DNA from: an uncultured Eubacteriales bacterium | GTDB taxonomy: Bacteria > Bacillota > Clostridia > Oscillospirales > UBA644 | Length of the DNA stretch: 64,000 bases | Reading direction: 5' to 3' | Assembly: GCA_934454405.1 (NCBI GenBank) | Contig: CAKSFN010000009.1 | Coordinates: 30,323-94,322 of the forward strand | Part shown: positions 45,937 through 53,904 of the stretch, in pieces | Numbering within the stretch: position 1 is the stretch's first letter | How the letters are laid out: each line of letters starts with the position of its first letter | The notes under the pieces: generated by a model | The model's input: the letters and a program-made list of their open reading frames with translations, nothing else | What the model was told of the DNA's origin: nothing | The model's database searches: none | Program-made: the position numbers and the translations under genes

Positions 45937-47511
45937 ATGGAAAAACCGGCAAAAAGAGAGGGCTTTCTTTTAGGTGCTCTGATGCTCTCCTTCTCGGGCT
46001 TGCTCGTCAAGATCTCGGGACTTGTCTTTCGCGTCGGAATAACCGGGCTTGTAGACCAGAACGACGCCGCGATGAGCCATTTCAGCGCGGCATATTCCGT
46101 TTATACCTTTCTGCTGTCTCTTGCGACTTCGGGCATCCCGATCGCCATTTCCGCAATGGTCTCAAAATCGCTTGCGCTCGGCAAATACAAGGATGTAAAA
46201 CAGCTTATCAAATATGTAACGGTCATTTTTGTCGCGTTCGGCGGCGCCGTTACGGCTCTCGGTATGATTTTCGCGGGGCCGATAGCGAGATTTATAAACA
46301 ACGACGATTCTTATTATTGTATGCTTTTGATAATGCCGTCGGTATTCTTCATCAGCGTCGTTTCCGTTTACAGAGGCTTTTTTCAGGGCTATAATAATAT
46401 GAAGCCCACCTCGGTGTCGAATTTTGTCGACGCGATGATAAAGCTCATCGCGGGCGTCGGTATCGCGGCATACCTGCAGAAAAACGGTTATCAACCTCAC
46501 ATAATAGTCGCGGGCGCCATCGCGGGCGTTTCTCTCGGCGCGCTCGGCTCGTGTCTTTATATGTTTCTGCGTTATGTTTTCAGAAACAAGGATTACAGGA
46601 TAACCGTCGCGCAGTTTATGGCTGACGAAGGCACTCCCCCGAAAAGCCTGATGAAAGAGTTTATGATGATAGCTCTTCCCGTCGCGCTTTCGTCGATAAC
46701 CGTTCAGCTGATGGGGCTTATTGACACGACCGTTATTATCAACCGACTGAAAAGCTTTATGGACGAGGAACTCGCTCAGGCGGCATACGGCGCGTATTCG
46801 ACCAAGGCAACCGCGATATTCAATCTTCCTTCTTTCTTCATAATAACGATAGGCGTCAGCCTTGTACCGTCCATTTCCGCGGCGTTTGCAAAGAAGGATT
46901 CCGTCCTTGTGAAAAGAACCGGCAACCTCGCCTTGAAATATTCGTCGATAATCGCTTTCGCGTGCGCGCTCGGTTTAAGCGCCGTTTCGCAGCCGACAAT
47001 GCAGCTCATCTTTTCGGGATCCACTCCGCTTGCGGGCGAGCTGCTTGCCATCCTTTCGCTGTCGCTTGTCGCCGTCGGCTTCACAAACGTCACCACTTAT
47101 ATGCTGCAGGCGATAGGCAAGGCGTACCAGACAGTTGTTTCGACCGTCATCGGTGTTATACTTAAAAGCATATTGACTTTTCTTCTCCTCGAACCTCTCG
47201 GTATTTACGGCGCTCCGGTCGCCACGAACATCGCATATCCGGTTATGTTTATAATCAACCTGATCTATATTAAGAGGTATCTCGGCTTTGTTCCGAATTT
47301 TATTGATATCCTGCTCAAACCGTTTATCGCGGGAATTGCCTGCTGGGGAGCTGCATGGGGCGCGCTGAAACTGTTTGATATGTGGGGAATATCCCAAAAA
47401 ATCGCGCTTTTTCCTGCGATTGCGGCGGGTGCGATTGTGTATGTTGCACTATTATTTATTTTAAAATTGGTCACAATCAACGAAATCAAGCAAGTTATGA
47501 AGAAAAAATAG
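45937..47511 (+). CDS. MOP-superfamily flippase (YabM/SpoVB/MurJ-like polysaccharide or lipid II flippase)
   Basis: About 524 aa with about 14 hydrophobic helices. GGAGG RBS. Its position is equivalent to B. subtilis yabM, upstream of yabO-yabP-yabQ-divIC-yabR. Confidence 0.75.
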   Translation: MEKPAKREGFLLGALMLSFSGLLVKISGLVFRVGITGLVDQNDAAMSHFSAAYSVYTFLLSLATSGIPIAISAMVSKSLALGKYKDVKQLIKYVTVIFVAFGGAVTALGMIFAGPIARFINNDDSYYCMLLIMPSVFFISVVSVYRGFFQGYNNMKPTSVSNFVDAMIKLIAGVGIAAYLQKNGYQPHIIVAGAIAGVSLGALGSCLYMFLRYVFRNKDYRITVAQFMADEGTPPKSLMKEFMMIALPVALSSITVQLMGLIDTTVIINRLKSFMDEELAQAAYGAYSTKATAIFNLPSFFIITIGVSLVPSISAAFAKKDSVLVKRTGNLALKYSSIIAFACALGLSAVSQPTMQLIFSGSTPLAGELLAILSLSLVAVGFTNVTTYMLQAIGKAYQTVVSTVIGVILKSILTFLLLEPLGIYGAPVATNIAYPVMFIINLIYIKRYLGFVPNFIDILLKPFIAGIACWGAAWGALKLFDMWGISQKIALFPAIAAGAIVYVALLFILKLVTINEIKQVMKKK

Positions 47512-47610
47512 AAAAAGCCTTGAAAAATGCGGAGATTTAGTGTAAAATATTAAGCATAAAGGGAATTTTTGAAACAAAAAATTTTTAATATATCAAAGGA
47601 GATTTTTGTT

Positions 47611-47886
47611 ATGAACAAGAATGGATTGATCGCTGCCGTTGCCGAAAAGTGCGGTATCGCAAAGAAAGAAGCTGCCGAGGTCGTTGAAGCTACCCTCGAC
47701 ATCATCACCGAGTCTCTTAAAAAGGGCGAAAAGGTTCAGATAGTGGGCTTCGGATGCTTCGAAGTTCGTGAAAGAGCCGAGAGAGAGGGAAGAAATCCCC
47801 AGAATCCCGAAACGACCATCAAGATCCCCGCTTGCAAGGTTCCCGTTTTCAAGGCAGGCAAGGTTCTTAAAGACAGCGTAAAGTAA
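47611..47886 (+). CDS. hup: DNA-binding protein HU
   Basis: MNKNGLIAAVAEKCGIAKKEAAEVVEA...GFGCFEVRERAEREGRNPQNPETTIKIPACKVPVFKAGK. Confidence 0.97.
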   Translation: MNKNGLIAAVAEKCGIAKKEAAEVVEATLDIITESLKKGEKVQIVGFGCFEVRERAEREGRNPQNPETTIKIPACKVPVFKAGKVLKDSVK

Positions 47887-47909
47887 TCAATTATTAACGT
47901 ATGATAATT

Positions 47910-47954
47910 CCTATGCACCCACCGCATTGGGTGCATAGGAAACTGTCTTTTTTC
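47910..47954 (+). terminator. Rho-independent terminator after hup
   Basis: cctatgcaccc (47910-47920) pairs with gggtgcatagg (47929-47939), followed by a T-run. Confidence 0.8.
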
Positions 47955-47963
47955 GGTATACCT

Positions 47964-48218
47964 ATGAGATTGGATAAATTTTTGAAGGTCTCGCGCCTTA
48001 TAAAGCGGCGCACCGTCGCCAAGGAGGCTTCCGACGGCGCGCGCGTCAAGGTCAACGGCAAGACCGCGAAACCCTCGTGCGACGTCAAGGAGGGAGACCT
48101 GATAGAAATAACCTTCGGCAACAGAACCGTCGGCGTCGAGGTCGTTTCCGTGGCGGAACACGCTTTGAAGTCCGACGCCGCATCTATGTATCGCGTTGTC
48201 AAAGAAAATAACGAATAA
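47964..48218 (+). CDS. rqcP: S4-domain RNA-binding protein YabO/RqcP (Hsp15-like RQC factor)
   Basis: MRLDKFLKVSRLIKRRTVAKEASDGARVKVNGKTAKPSCDVKEGDLIE shows the S4 motif, and synteny with yabP/yabQ supports the call. Confidence 0.85.
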   Translation: MRLDKFLKVSRLIKRRTVAKEASDGARVKVNGKTAKPSCDVKEGDLIEITFGNRTVGVEVVSVAEHALKSDAASMYRVVKENNE

Positions 48219-48259
48219 TATTTCCGTCCGCGTCATACTCTTTATCGAGGTGAATGCGT

Positions 48260-48529
48260 ATGACGGAAGAACATATTGCAAGCTCCGTTGTTCTTGAAAA
48301 CAGGGAAAAACTGACGGTAAGCGGCGTTACCGAAATAACGGCGTTTAATGAGGACAGGATAGAGCTTGACACCTGTCTGGGTCATCTTTGCGTCAGGGGC
48401 AAAGGAATGACCGTTACCGACCTTTCTTCCGAGACGGGAGAGGTCAGCGCGACCGGCTCTTTTTTGAGCGTCGTTTATACGGGCAGGGCGAAAGGCAAAA
48501 AATCTTTTCGCGAAAAGGTCTTCGGCTGA
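48260..48529 (+). CDS. yabP: Sporulation protein YabP
   Basis: VVLENREKLTVSGVTEITAFNEDRIELDT..G.L.V.G..M.V is the YabP family pattern. GAGGTGA lies 6 nt before ATG 48260. Confidence 0.85.
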   Translation: MTEEHIASSVVLENREKLTVSGVTEITAFNEDRIELDTCLGHLCVRGKGMTVTDLSSETGEVSATGSFLSVVYTGRAKGKKSFREKVFG

Positions 48530-48843
48530 TGGGATTTGACAATTCTTTTCAGTTGCTGCTGTTTTTGTATTCCTTGATTTTCGGAATCGCTCTCGGCGCT
48601 GTTTACACGGGACTGTCCGCTTTTCGTCTGTTTAAGCCTCCCTCTGCGCCGGCGCTGTTTTTTGCCGATTTTTTATATTTTTTGTTTTCCGCCGTTGCGT
48701 TTTTTGTGTTTGTGTTTGTTTTTTGCGACGGACAGATTCGGATTTTTGTTCTGTTGACTGTTTTTATCGGCTGGCTCGCCGAATATCTGACGGTGGGAAG
48801 CCTTGTGAAAAGACTTATAAAAAAGAAAAAGAAGAAAACATAA
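48529..48843 (+). CDS. yabQ: Spore cortex biosynthesis protein YabQ
   Basis: About 104 aa membrane protein (MGFDNSFQLLLFLYSLIFGIALGAVY...). The ATG overlaps the yabP stop (TGATG), matching conserved yabP-yabQ coupling. Confidence 0.8.
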   Translation: MGFDNSFQLLLFLYSLIFGIALGAVYTGLSAFRLFKPPSAPALFFADFLYFLFSAVAFFVFVFVFCDGQIRIFVLLTVFIGWLAEYLTVGSLVKRLIKKKKKKT

Positions 48844-48869
48844 TTTTTCCCGATAAGAGGTAAAAAGAG

Positions 48870-49205
48870 ATGTTGAGTTTTAACGAAGAACCCGTAAAAA
48901 TCGAAGAAGATAAGCGTAAGGCGAAAAAGTCGAGATCGAATGTTTTCGTCAGGCTGGTTCTCGCCGCCGTCGTTATCGGTCTTTCCGCCCTGGTTATTTC
49001 GATGCTTGCCGAAATTGCCGTTGATAATAAGGCGTGTGAGGAAAAAGACGCGGCTATCAGAGAGCAGAATATGAAAAACGCGGAGCTGGCGGAGATTCTC
49101 GACCCGACAAACGCAGCGGATTTCAATCGCGACATCGCGGAAAAGGAACTTGATTATGCCGACGGCGGAGAAAAGGTTTACGTTGCTCCCGATTCGGGAA
49201 AATAG
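48870..49205 (+). CDS. divIC: Septum formation initiator DivIC/FtsB family
   Basis: 111 aa with a single TM (VFVRLVLAAVVIGLSALVISML) followed by a coiled coil. It lies after yabQ as in Bacillus. Confidence 0.8.
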   Translation: MLSFNEEPVKIEEDKRKAKKSRSNVFVRLVLAAVVIGLSALVISMLAEIAVDNKACEEKDAAIREQNMKNAELAEILDPTNAADFNRDIAEKELDYADGGEKVYVAPDSGK

Positions 49206-49254
49206 ATTAAGGAAGTGACGGAAAACCCGTCGGAATTCGGAGGAATTATCTTAT

Positions 49255-49668
49255 ATGGCAGTTGCGGTCGGTGATGTTGCGATCGGAAAAGTGACGAAAA
49301 TTATGCCCTTCGGCGCGTTTGTCAGGCTTGAAAACGGTGAAAGCGGACTTGTTCATATTTCCGAAGTTTCATCGGGATTTGTCAAGGATATAAACGAAGC
49401 GCTCACCGTCGGACAGGAGGTTCGCGTAAAGATTATCGGTATAGATGAAAAGAACCGTATCAATCTTTCGATAAAAAAGGCTGACGAATCGCAGAAAGAG
49501 GCTTCTCCTCGTCCGAGAACGTCCGCGCCCGCGCCGGCATTTTTCCGTGAGAAAAAAGCGCCGGAGCCGCAGTCCTTTGACGATATGATTTCAAGATTTA
49601 TGAAGGAGTCCGGCGATAAACTGAGCGATTTCAAGGATACAAAACGCACCCGCCCGAGAAGAAAATAG
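49255..49668 (+). CDS. yabR: S1 RNA-binding domain protein YabR
   Basis: VGDVAIGKVTKIMPFGAFVRLENGESGLVHISEVS is an S1 domain, followed by a basic C-terminal tail. Confidence 0.88.
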   Translation: MAVAVGDVAIGKVTKIMPFGAFVRLENGESGLVHISEVSSGFVKDINEALTVGQEVRVKIIGIDEKNRINLSIKKADESQKEASPRPRTSAPAPAFFREKKAPEPQSFDDMISRFMKESGDKLSDFKDTKRTRPRRK

Positions 49669-49732
49669 AGCGGAGACTATCAGCTTGCAGTCATTTATTC
49701 AAAAGTTGATTTGATATTTCGGATAAATTCAG

Positions 49733-49765
49733 GCGCACCGTTTTTATACGGTGTGCTATTTTTTT
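49733..49765 (+). terminator. Rho-independent terminator after yabR
   Basis: gcgcaccg (49733-49740) pairs with cggtgtgc (49749-49756), including one G-U pair, then a T7 run. Confidence 0.7.
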
Positions 49766-49816
49766 GCTCTTTTGCATAAGTATGTTTCAGAGAAAAATGT
49801 TTTCGGAGGTATATTT

Positions 49817-50605
49817 ATGGCGCAGGAAAAGGATGAGTTTAAGAAACTGTCTGAAAAATACGAAAGCGAATTGATGAATTACTATCGCAAGCACGTTCCG
49901 ACCGTTATTTCATATTCGGGTAATACGAGGAGCGTTGACCCTTCGGAATTTGAGAAAGACAGGATATCCGAACACCGCATCGGAACGAAAACAGACATTT
50001 CCGTGTTGTCGGAAAATGAAGCGGCGGGCGAACGGCAAGAAGAGATAGTGCATCTTGAAGAAGAGAATATCCCGCCCGAAAATTCTCCTGCCGACGAACC
50101 GACGCTTCCCATGAGCCCTTTGCCGGATATTGAGGACATTCCGCCGTCGGAAAACGGAAGCGGAGACAATATGCGTTCAAGAGGTTCGTCTTCAACTCAA
50201 ACGGAGCGCGACAACAGACCGCCGCAGGAGCAGGGAACAGGCACGGGCTTTATCAAGGTCGCCGTTTCAACTGCGCAGCAGGCGGTTCCTCTGCCCGGCT
50301 GTAAGGTCGCGATTTCAAGCGGAGAAACGCAGATTGATTTTTATGCCGAATATGAAACCGACCTTTCGGGCAATACGCCCGTTGTTTCCGTTCCCGCGCC
50401 GAGCCGCGACCTTTCGCAGTCTCCCGGAGGGAACGTCAGACCTTATTACAGATATAATATAGACGTGGAATTTCCCGGTTACGATGAGGTCAATGTCACG
50501 GAGGTTCCCGTATTTGAGGGGATTCTCTCAATTCAGCCGGTTTCAATGGTTCCTATGTCGGGCGGAGGCAAAAACACGACCGATACCCCGGGATTTCCGT
50601 TGTAA
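49817..50605 (+). CDS. Protein resembling the N-terminal pre/pro region of SleC-type cortex hydrolases (acidic/Pro-rich linker plus carboxypeptidase-regulatory-like beta domain)
   Basis: 262 aa. GGAGG precedes ATG 49817. The C-terminal domain GFIKVAVSTAQQAVPLPGCKVAIS...VRPYYRYNIDVEFPGYDEVNVTEVPVFEG resembles the N-terminal domain of clostridial SleC as recalled. Confidence 0.5.
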   Translation: MAQEKDEFKKLSEKYESELMNYYRKHVPTVISYSGNTRSVDPSEFEKDRISEHRIGTKTDISVLSENEAAGERQEEIVHLEEENIPPENSPADEPTLPMSPLPDIEDIPPSENGSGDNMRSRGSSSTQTERDNRPPQEQGTGTGFIKVAVSTAQQAVPLPGCKVAISSGETQIDFYAEYETDLSGNTPVVSVPAPSRDLSQSPGGNVRPYYRYNIDVEFPGYDEVNVTEVPVFEGILSIQPVSMVPMSGGGKNTTDTPGFPL

Positions 50606-50619
50606 AGGAGGCGACAGAT

Positions 50620-51972
50620 ATGGCATCTTTGACACCTTATGTTCCCCAGACGGTCGTTGTTCATCTCGGTTCGCCGTCTTCAAACGCTCAAAACGTGACC
50701 GTTGATTTTATCGACTATATAAAAAACGTTGCTTCCAGCGAGCTTTATCCCACGTGGCCGGAAACCGCTTTGCGCGCGAACATTTACGCTATCGTGACGT
50801 TTACGCTGAACCGTATATATACCGAATGGTATCGGAGTCAGGGTTATAATTTTGATATAACAAGCAATACGCAATACGATCAGGCTTTTTTTAAGGACAG
50901 GGAAATTTTCGGAAACATCAGCGATATTGCAGACGAGATTTTTAATGACTATATTCGCAAGCAGGGCAACATAGATCCTCTTTTTTCGCAGTATTGCAAC
51001 GGAACGACTGTTACCTGCCGAGGACTTTCTCAGTGGGGCACCGTGACGCTTGCCAACAAGGGATATACGCCTTATGAAATGCTTCAATACTATTACGGGG
51101 ACGATATTGAGATTGTCCGAAACGCTCCCGTCAAGGTTAATATCCCGTCCTACCCCGGTTCACCGTTACGTCTCGGAGATCTCGGCAACGACGTTTATGC
51201 CGTTCAAGTCCGATTGAACCGAATTGCCGTTAATTATCCCGCAATTCCGCGAATCCCCAACCCGGACGGCATATTCGGTCCCGAAACCGAACAGGCGGTG
51301 CTTGCGTTTCAGCGTATTTTTTCGATAGAAACCGTCGGATATGTCGGAAAAGCCACATGGTACAGAATCGCTTACACCGCGGCGGCGGTCAAACGTCTTG
51401 CGGATATAGATTCCGAGGGCGTGACGCTGAACGACGTTCTCACGCCGTTTTCGGACACTTTGCGCGAAGGGGACAGAGGCCTTGAAGTAAAGGTTTTGCA
51501 GTATTATCTTTCGACGATAGGTCTTTATAACGATTATATCCCGAATATAAGCATAGACGGCTATTTCGGTGCCGCAACGAAAAATGCGGTGCTTGCGTTT
51601 CAGCGTTATTCAGGCTTGACCGAGGACGGAATAGTCGGCAGGGCAACAAGAAACGCTTTGCGCGACGCCTATAACGATATAATCGCCGCCGCGCCGCCGA
51701 CGTTCCAAAGCGGAGAAGCAGCGCTTTTTCCCGGCACTTTCTTGAGAGAAGGCTTTGAGGGACCGTATGTTCGTCTTTTGCAGGAATACCTCGTCAGGAT
51801 CGCGCAGTTTGATAAAGGCGTTCCCGCCACGGAAGTAACGGGTTATTTCGGCATAAAGACAAAGCACGCCGTTTCCGCTTTTCAAAGCGAATACGGATTT
51901 GTCCCCGACGGACTTGTCGGCCCCGTTCTATGGAACGCGATAGCGGACGCTTATCTTGAAACTTTTGCGTGA
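50620..51972 (+). CDS. SleC-like spore cortex-lytic/peptidoglycan hydrolase core with three C-terminal PG_binding_1 repeats
   Basis: 450 aa. AAGGAGG lies 8 nt before the ATG. The N-terminal domain FIDYIKNVASSELYPTWPETALRANIYAIVTFTLNRIYTEWYRSQGYNFDITS matches the SleC core as recalled. There are three repeats of LR.GD.G..V..LQ..L...DG.FG..T..AV..FQ. Confidence 0.6.
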   Translation: MASLTPYVPQTVVVHLGSPSSNAQNVTVDFIDYIKNVASSELYPTWPETALRANIYAIVTFTLNRIYTEWYRSQGYNFDITSNTQYDQAFFKDREIFGNISDIADEIFNDYIRKQGNIDPLFSQYCNGTTVTCRGLSQWGTVTLANKGYTPYEMLQYYYGDDIEIVRNAPVKVNIPSYPGSPLRLGDLGNDVYAVQVRLNRIAVNYPAIPRIPNPDGIFGPETEQAVLAFQRIFSIETVGYVGKATWYRIAYTAAAVKRLADIDSEGVTLNDVLTPFSDTLREGDRGLEVKVLQYYLSTIGLYNDYIPNISIDGYFGAATKNAVLAFQRYSGLTEDGIVGRATRNALRDAYNDIIAAAPPTFQSGEAALFPGTFLREGFEGPYVRLLQEYLVRIAQFDKGVPATEVTGYFGIKTKHAVSAFQSEYGFVPDGLVGPVLWNAIADAYLETFA

Positions 51973-52185
51973 TTTTATCGCAGCGCCTGCGCTTTTTTCG
52001 TTTATCCGCGTGTAATTTTATGGTTTACGGAAATATCGTCTTGTGCGTTACGGTCGCGTGCGCGTTCGGTTCTGCTCTTTTCGTTTCTTGTTCGGGCACG
52101 GTAGAAGAGGTCTGTCGGATATTTCTTGCGGCGACGGCGGATCAGTCATAAAACCGCCTGTTTGTTTTTTATCTTTCTTTCATTG

Positions 52186-52222
52186 AACGGTTCTCCTCTG
52201 TTTCGGAAGAGAACCGTTTTTC
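52186..52222 (+). terminator. Rho-independent terminator (copy A of the terminator-promoter module)
   Basis: aacggttctc (52186-52195) pairs with gagaaccgtt (52209-52218), then a T-run. Confidence 0.7.
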
Positions 52223-52292
52223 TTGCTCCGGGGTATTGAAAAAAATGAGGAAATGGTATATAATAGTTTTAATATCAATATATGAAAGATTT
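52199..52292. repeat. Direct repeat copy A (terminator loop, promoter, and the tatgaaagattt junction)
   Basis: Core 52230-52280 matches 53231-53281 at a constant offset of 1001 bp (about 45 of 51 identical by hand alignment). The 12-mer tatgaaagattt (52281-52292) recurs at 53309-53320. Confidence 0.8.
52236..52264 (+). promoter_or_regulatory. Sigma-A promoter (repeat copy A) reading into the pth leader
   Basis: TTGAAA (52236-52241), 17 nt spacer, TATAAT (52259-52264), with TGg extended -10. Confidence 0.7.
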
Positions 52293-52508
52293 ATTCTTAT
52301 CAATAGCGGCAACAAAAATTCGATTCAAAAATCGGATTGCGGCGAAGCGTATGTGCTTTTGTTAAACAACTTAAAAACCGCTGTTATGATTGATAAAAGT
52401 GAGAAGTTACAGTTCAAATTCGCTAAAAAACAGGAGAGTTTTTATATAAAATATTATGACATGGACTTGTGCCGAGTAATTTAGACGTTTTATAACCGGA
52501 GACGTGAT

Positions 52509-53093
52509 ATGAAAAATGTTGAATGGATTATTGTCGGATTAGGAAATCCGGAAGAAAGGCATTTAAATAATCGACATAATATAGGCTTTATTTGTGTGGA
52601 TCGGTTGGCTTCAAAACATTCCATAGCAATAAATGAATCTAAATTTGATTCTCTGATAGGGTACGGCAAAATAGGTGATGCTTCATGTATGCTTGTTAAA
52701 CCGCAAACATACATGAATAAAAGCGGGGAGGCTGTTGCGCAAATAATAAAAGCACTCGGACTCCATCTCACCGATTTAATTGTTATTGCCGATGACATTT
52801 CGCTTTCAATCGGAAGTTTAAGAATACGGTTGAGCGGCAGGTCAGGAGGACACAAAGGTTTAAACAGTATCATCGAATCGCTCGGAAGCATAGATTTTGC
52901 CAGAGTGAAAATCGGTGCAGGTATTCCACCGGAAGGTGTTGCTTTGGAAAAATGGGTTGTTTCGGACTTTGAAGATAAAATGGCACCGCTGCTTTTTGAA
53001 GTTATCGAAAATGCTTGTAAGGCTATTGAACTTATGGTTGACAGAAAATGTGATGTTGCAATGTCTCGCTATAATCATATCAACAAAGAATGA
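52509..53093 (+). CDS. pth: Peptidyl-tRNA hydrolase
   Basis: 194 aa with GLGNPE, NRHNIGF (catalytic His), KPQTYMNKSG, IADDISL and GGHKGL motifs. GGAGA RBS. It is markedly AT-rich compared with its neighbours. Confidence 0.9.
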   Translation: MKNVEWIIVGLGNPEERHLNNRHNIGFICVDRLASKHSIAINESKFDSLIGYGKIGDASCMLVKPQTYMNKSGEAVAQIIKALGLHLTDLIVIADDISLSIGSLRIRLSGRSGGHKGLNSIIESLGSIDFARVKIGAGIPPEGVALEKWVVSDFEDKMAPLLFEVIENACKAIELMVDRKCDVAMSRYNHINKE

Positions 53094-53192
53094 TAGAAAT
53101 GAACGGAATGGCTTTGATAATAATATACTGTTTAAATCATAGGAGTTTTAGGCAACTTACCGTTTAGCGTATTTCGACAAAACAGAGAATAT

Positions 53193-53222
53193 CCTCCGCT
53201 GTTTCGGCGGAGGGTCGTTTTT
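53193..53222 (+). terminator. Rho-independent terminator after pth (copy B module)
   Basis: cctccgc (53193-53199) pairs with gcggagg (53207-53213), then gtcgTTTTTT. Confidence 0.65.
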
Positions 53223-53320
53223 TCTTGTGCGGGGTATTGAAAAAAATGAAAAAATGGTATATAATAAATATAATATCAATAAAATGCTGTCTGACAAAGG
53301 AGTTTGAATATGAAAGATTT
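53200..53320. repeat. Direct repeat copy B (terminator loop, promoter, and start of the DUF308 gene)
   Basis: See copy A. Copy B carries an extra 27 nt (53282-53308, including the AAAGGAG RBS) between the promoter and tatgaaagattt. Confidence 0.8.
53237..53265 (+). promoter_or_regulatory. Sigma-A promoter (repeat copy B) for the DUF308-nfo-srtB genes
   Basis: TTGAAA (53237-53242), 17 nt spacer, TATAAT (53260-53265). Confidence 0.7.
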
Positions 53321-53903
53321 TTTCAGATCTCTGAATAAGCCCATTCTTATCGCGTCGCTTGCTTTTGTTGTTTTCGGCGTTTTGTTCACGGTCAACCCGA
53401 ATATAATCAAGGAAGTTGCAATCAGCTACGTTATCGCGGGCGCGCTTTTTATGTATGCGCTTATTTCTGTGATAATTTATATCAAAACGCCTGTGGGCAA
53501 CGGCTTCGGACTTGTTTTCGGACTTGTTGCGCTGTGTGCGGGAGTTATAATCTGTTTCAGAGCGGCTGAGTTTGTGCGCATTATCCGCATGGTTATCGGC
53601 TTCGGCATCGCGGTTTTCGGAATTATACGTTTTCAGCAGGGAGTTGATCTTCTCCGCCTGAAAAAACGCTCCGGCTGGTTTGAACTGACGGTTTCCGTCC
53701 TCCTTATCGCCGCGGGAATAATCGTTGCCGTCGTTCCCGAACTCTTTAAGAACGCCGTATTCATACTTTCGGGTATACTTCTAATCGTTGTCGGAGTGAC
53801 GAATATCGTCAGCGAGGTCAGAACAAAAAAAGCGATGAAAAAACTGCTTGACACCGAAGGCAAGATAATCGTTCACGGCGAAGTGGAAAAAGACGGAGAA
53901 TAA
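53310..53903 (+). CDS. DUF308 (HdeD-like) membrane protein
   Basis: About 197 aa with six hydrophobic helices and the repeated G..L...G....F pattern typical of HdeD/DUF308. AAAGGAG precedes ATG 53310. Confidence 0.75.
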   Translation: MKDFFRSLNKPILIASLAFVVFGVLFTVNPNIIKEVAISYVIAGALFMYALISVIIYIKTPVGNGFGLVFGLVALCAGVIICFRAAEFVRIIRMVIGFGIAVFGIIRFQQGVDLLRLKKRSGWFELTVSVLLIAAGIIVAVVPELFKNAVFILSGILLIVVGVTNIVSEVRTKKAMKKLLDTEGKIIVHGEVEKDGE

Positions 53904-53904
53904 T

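Noticed and set aside
49766-49816. CATAAGTA sequence upstream of the SleC-N-like gene as a sigma-E/K -10 box
   Set aside because: The spacing does not fit CATAnnnTA, and no matching -35 was found. This is not enough to call a mother-cell promoter.
52236-52484. 82-aa ORF upstream of pth
   Set aside because: Its start lies inside the TTGAAA-17-TATAAT promoter and it has no RBS. The Ile/Lys/Asn-rich composition simply reflects AT-rich leader DNA.
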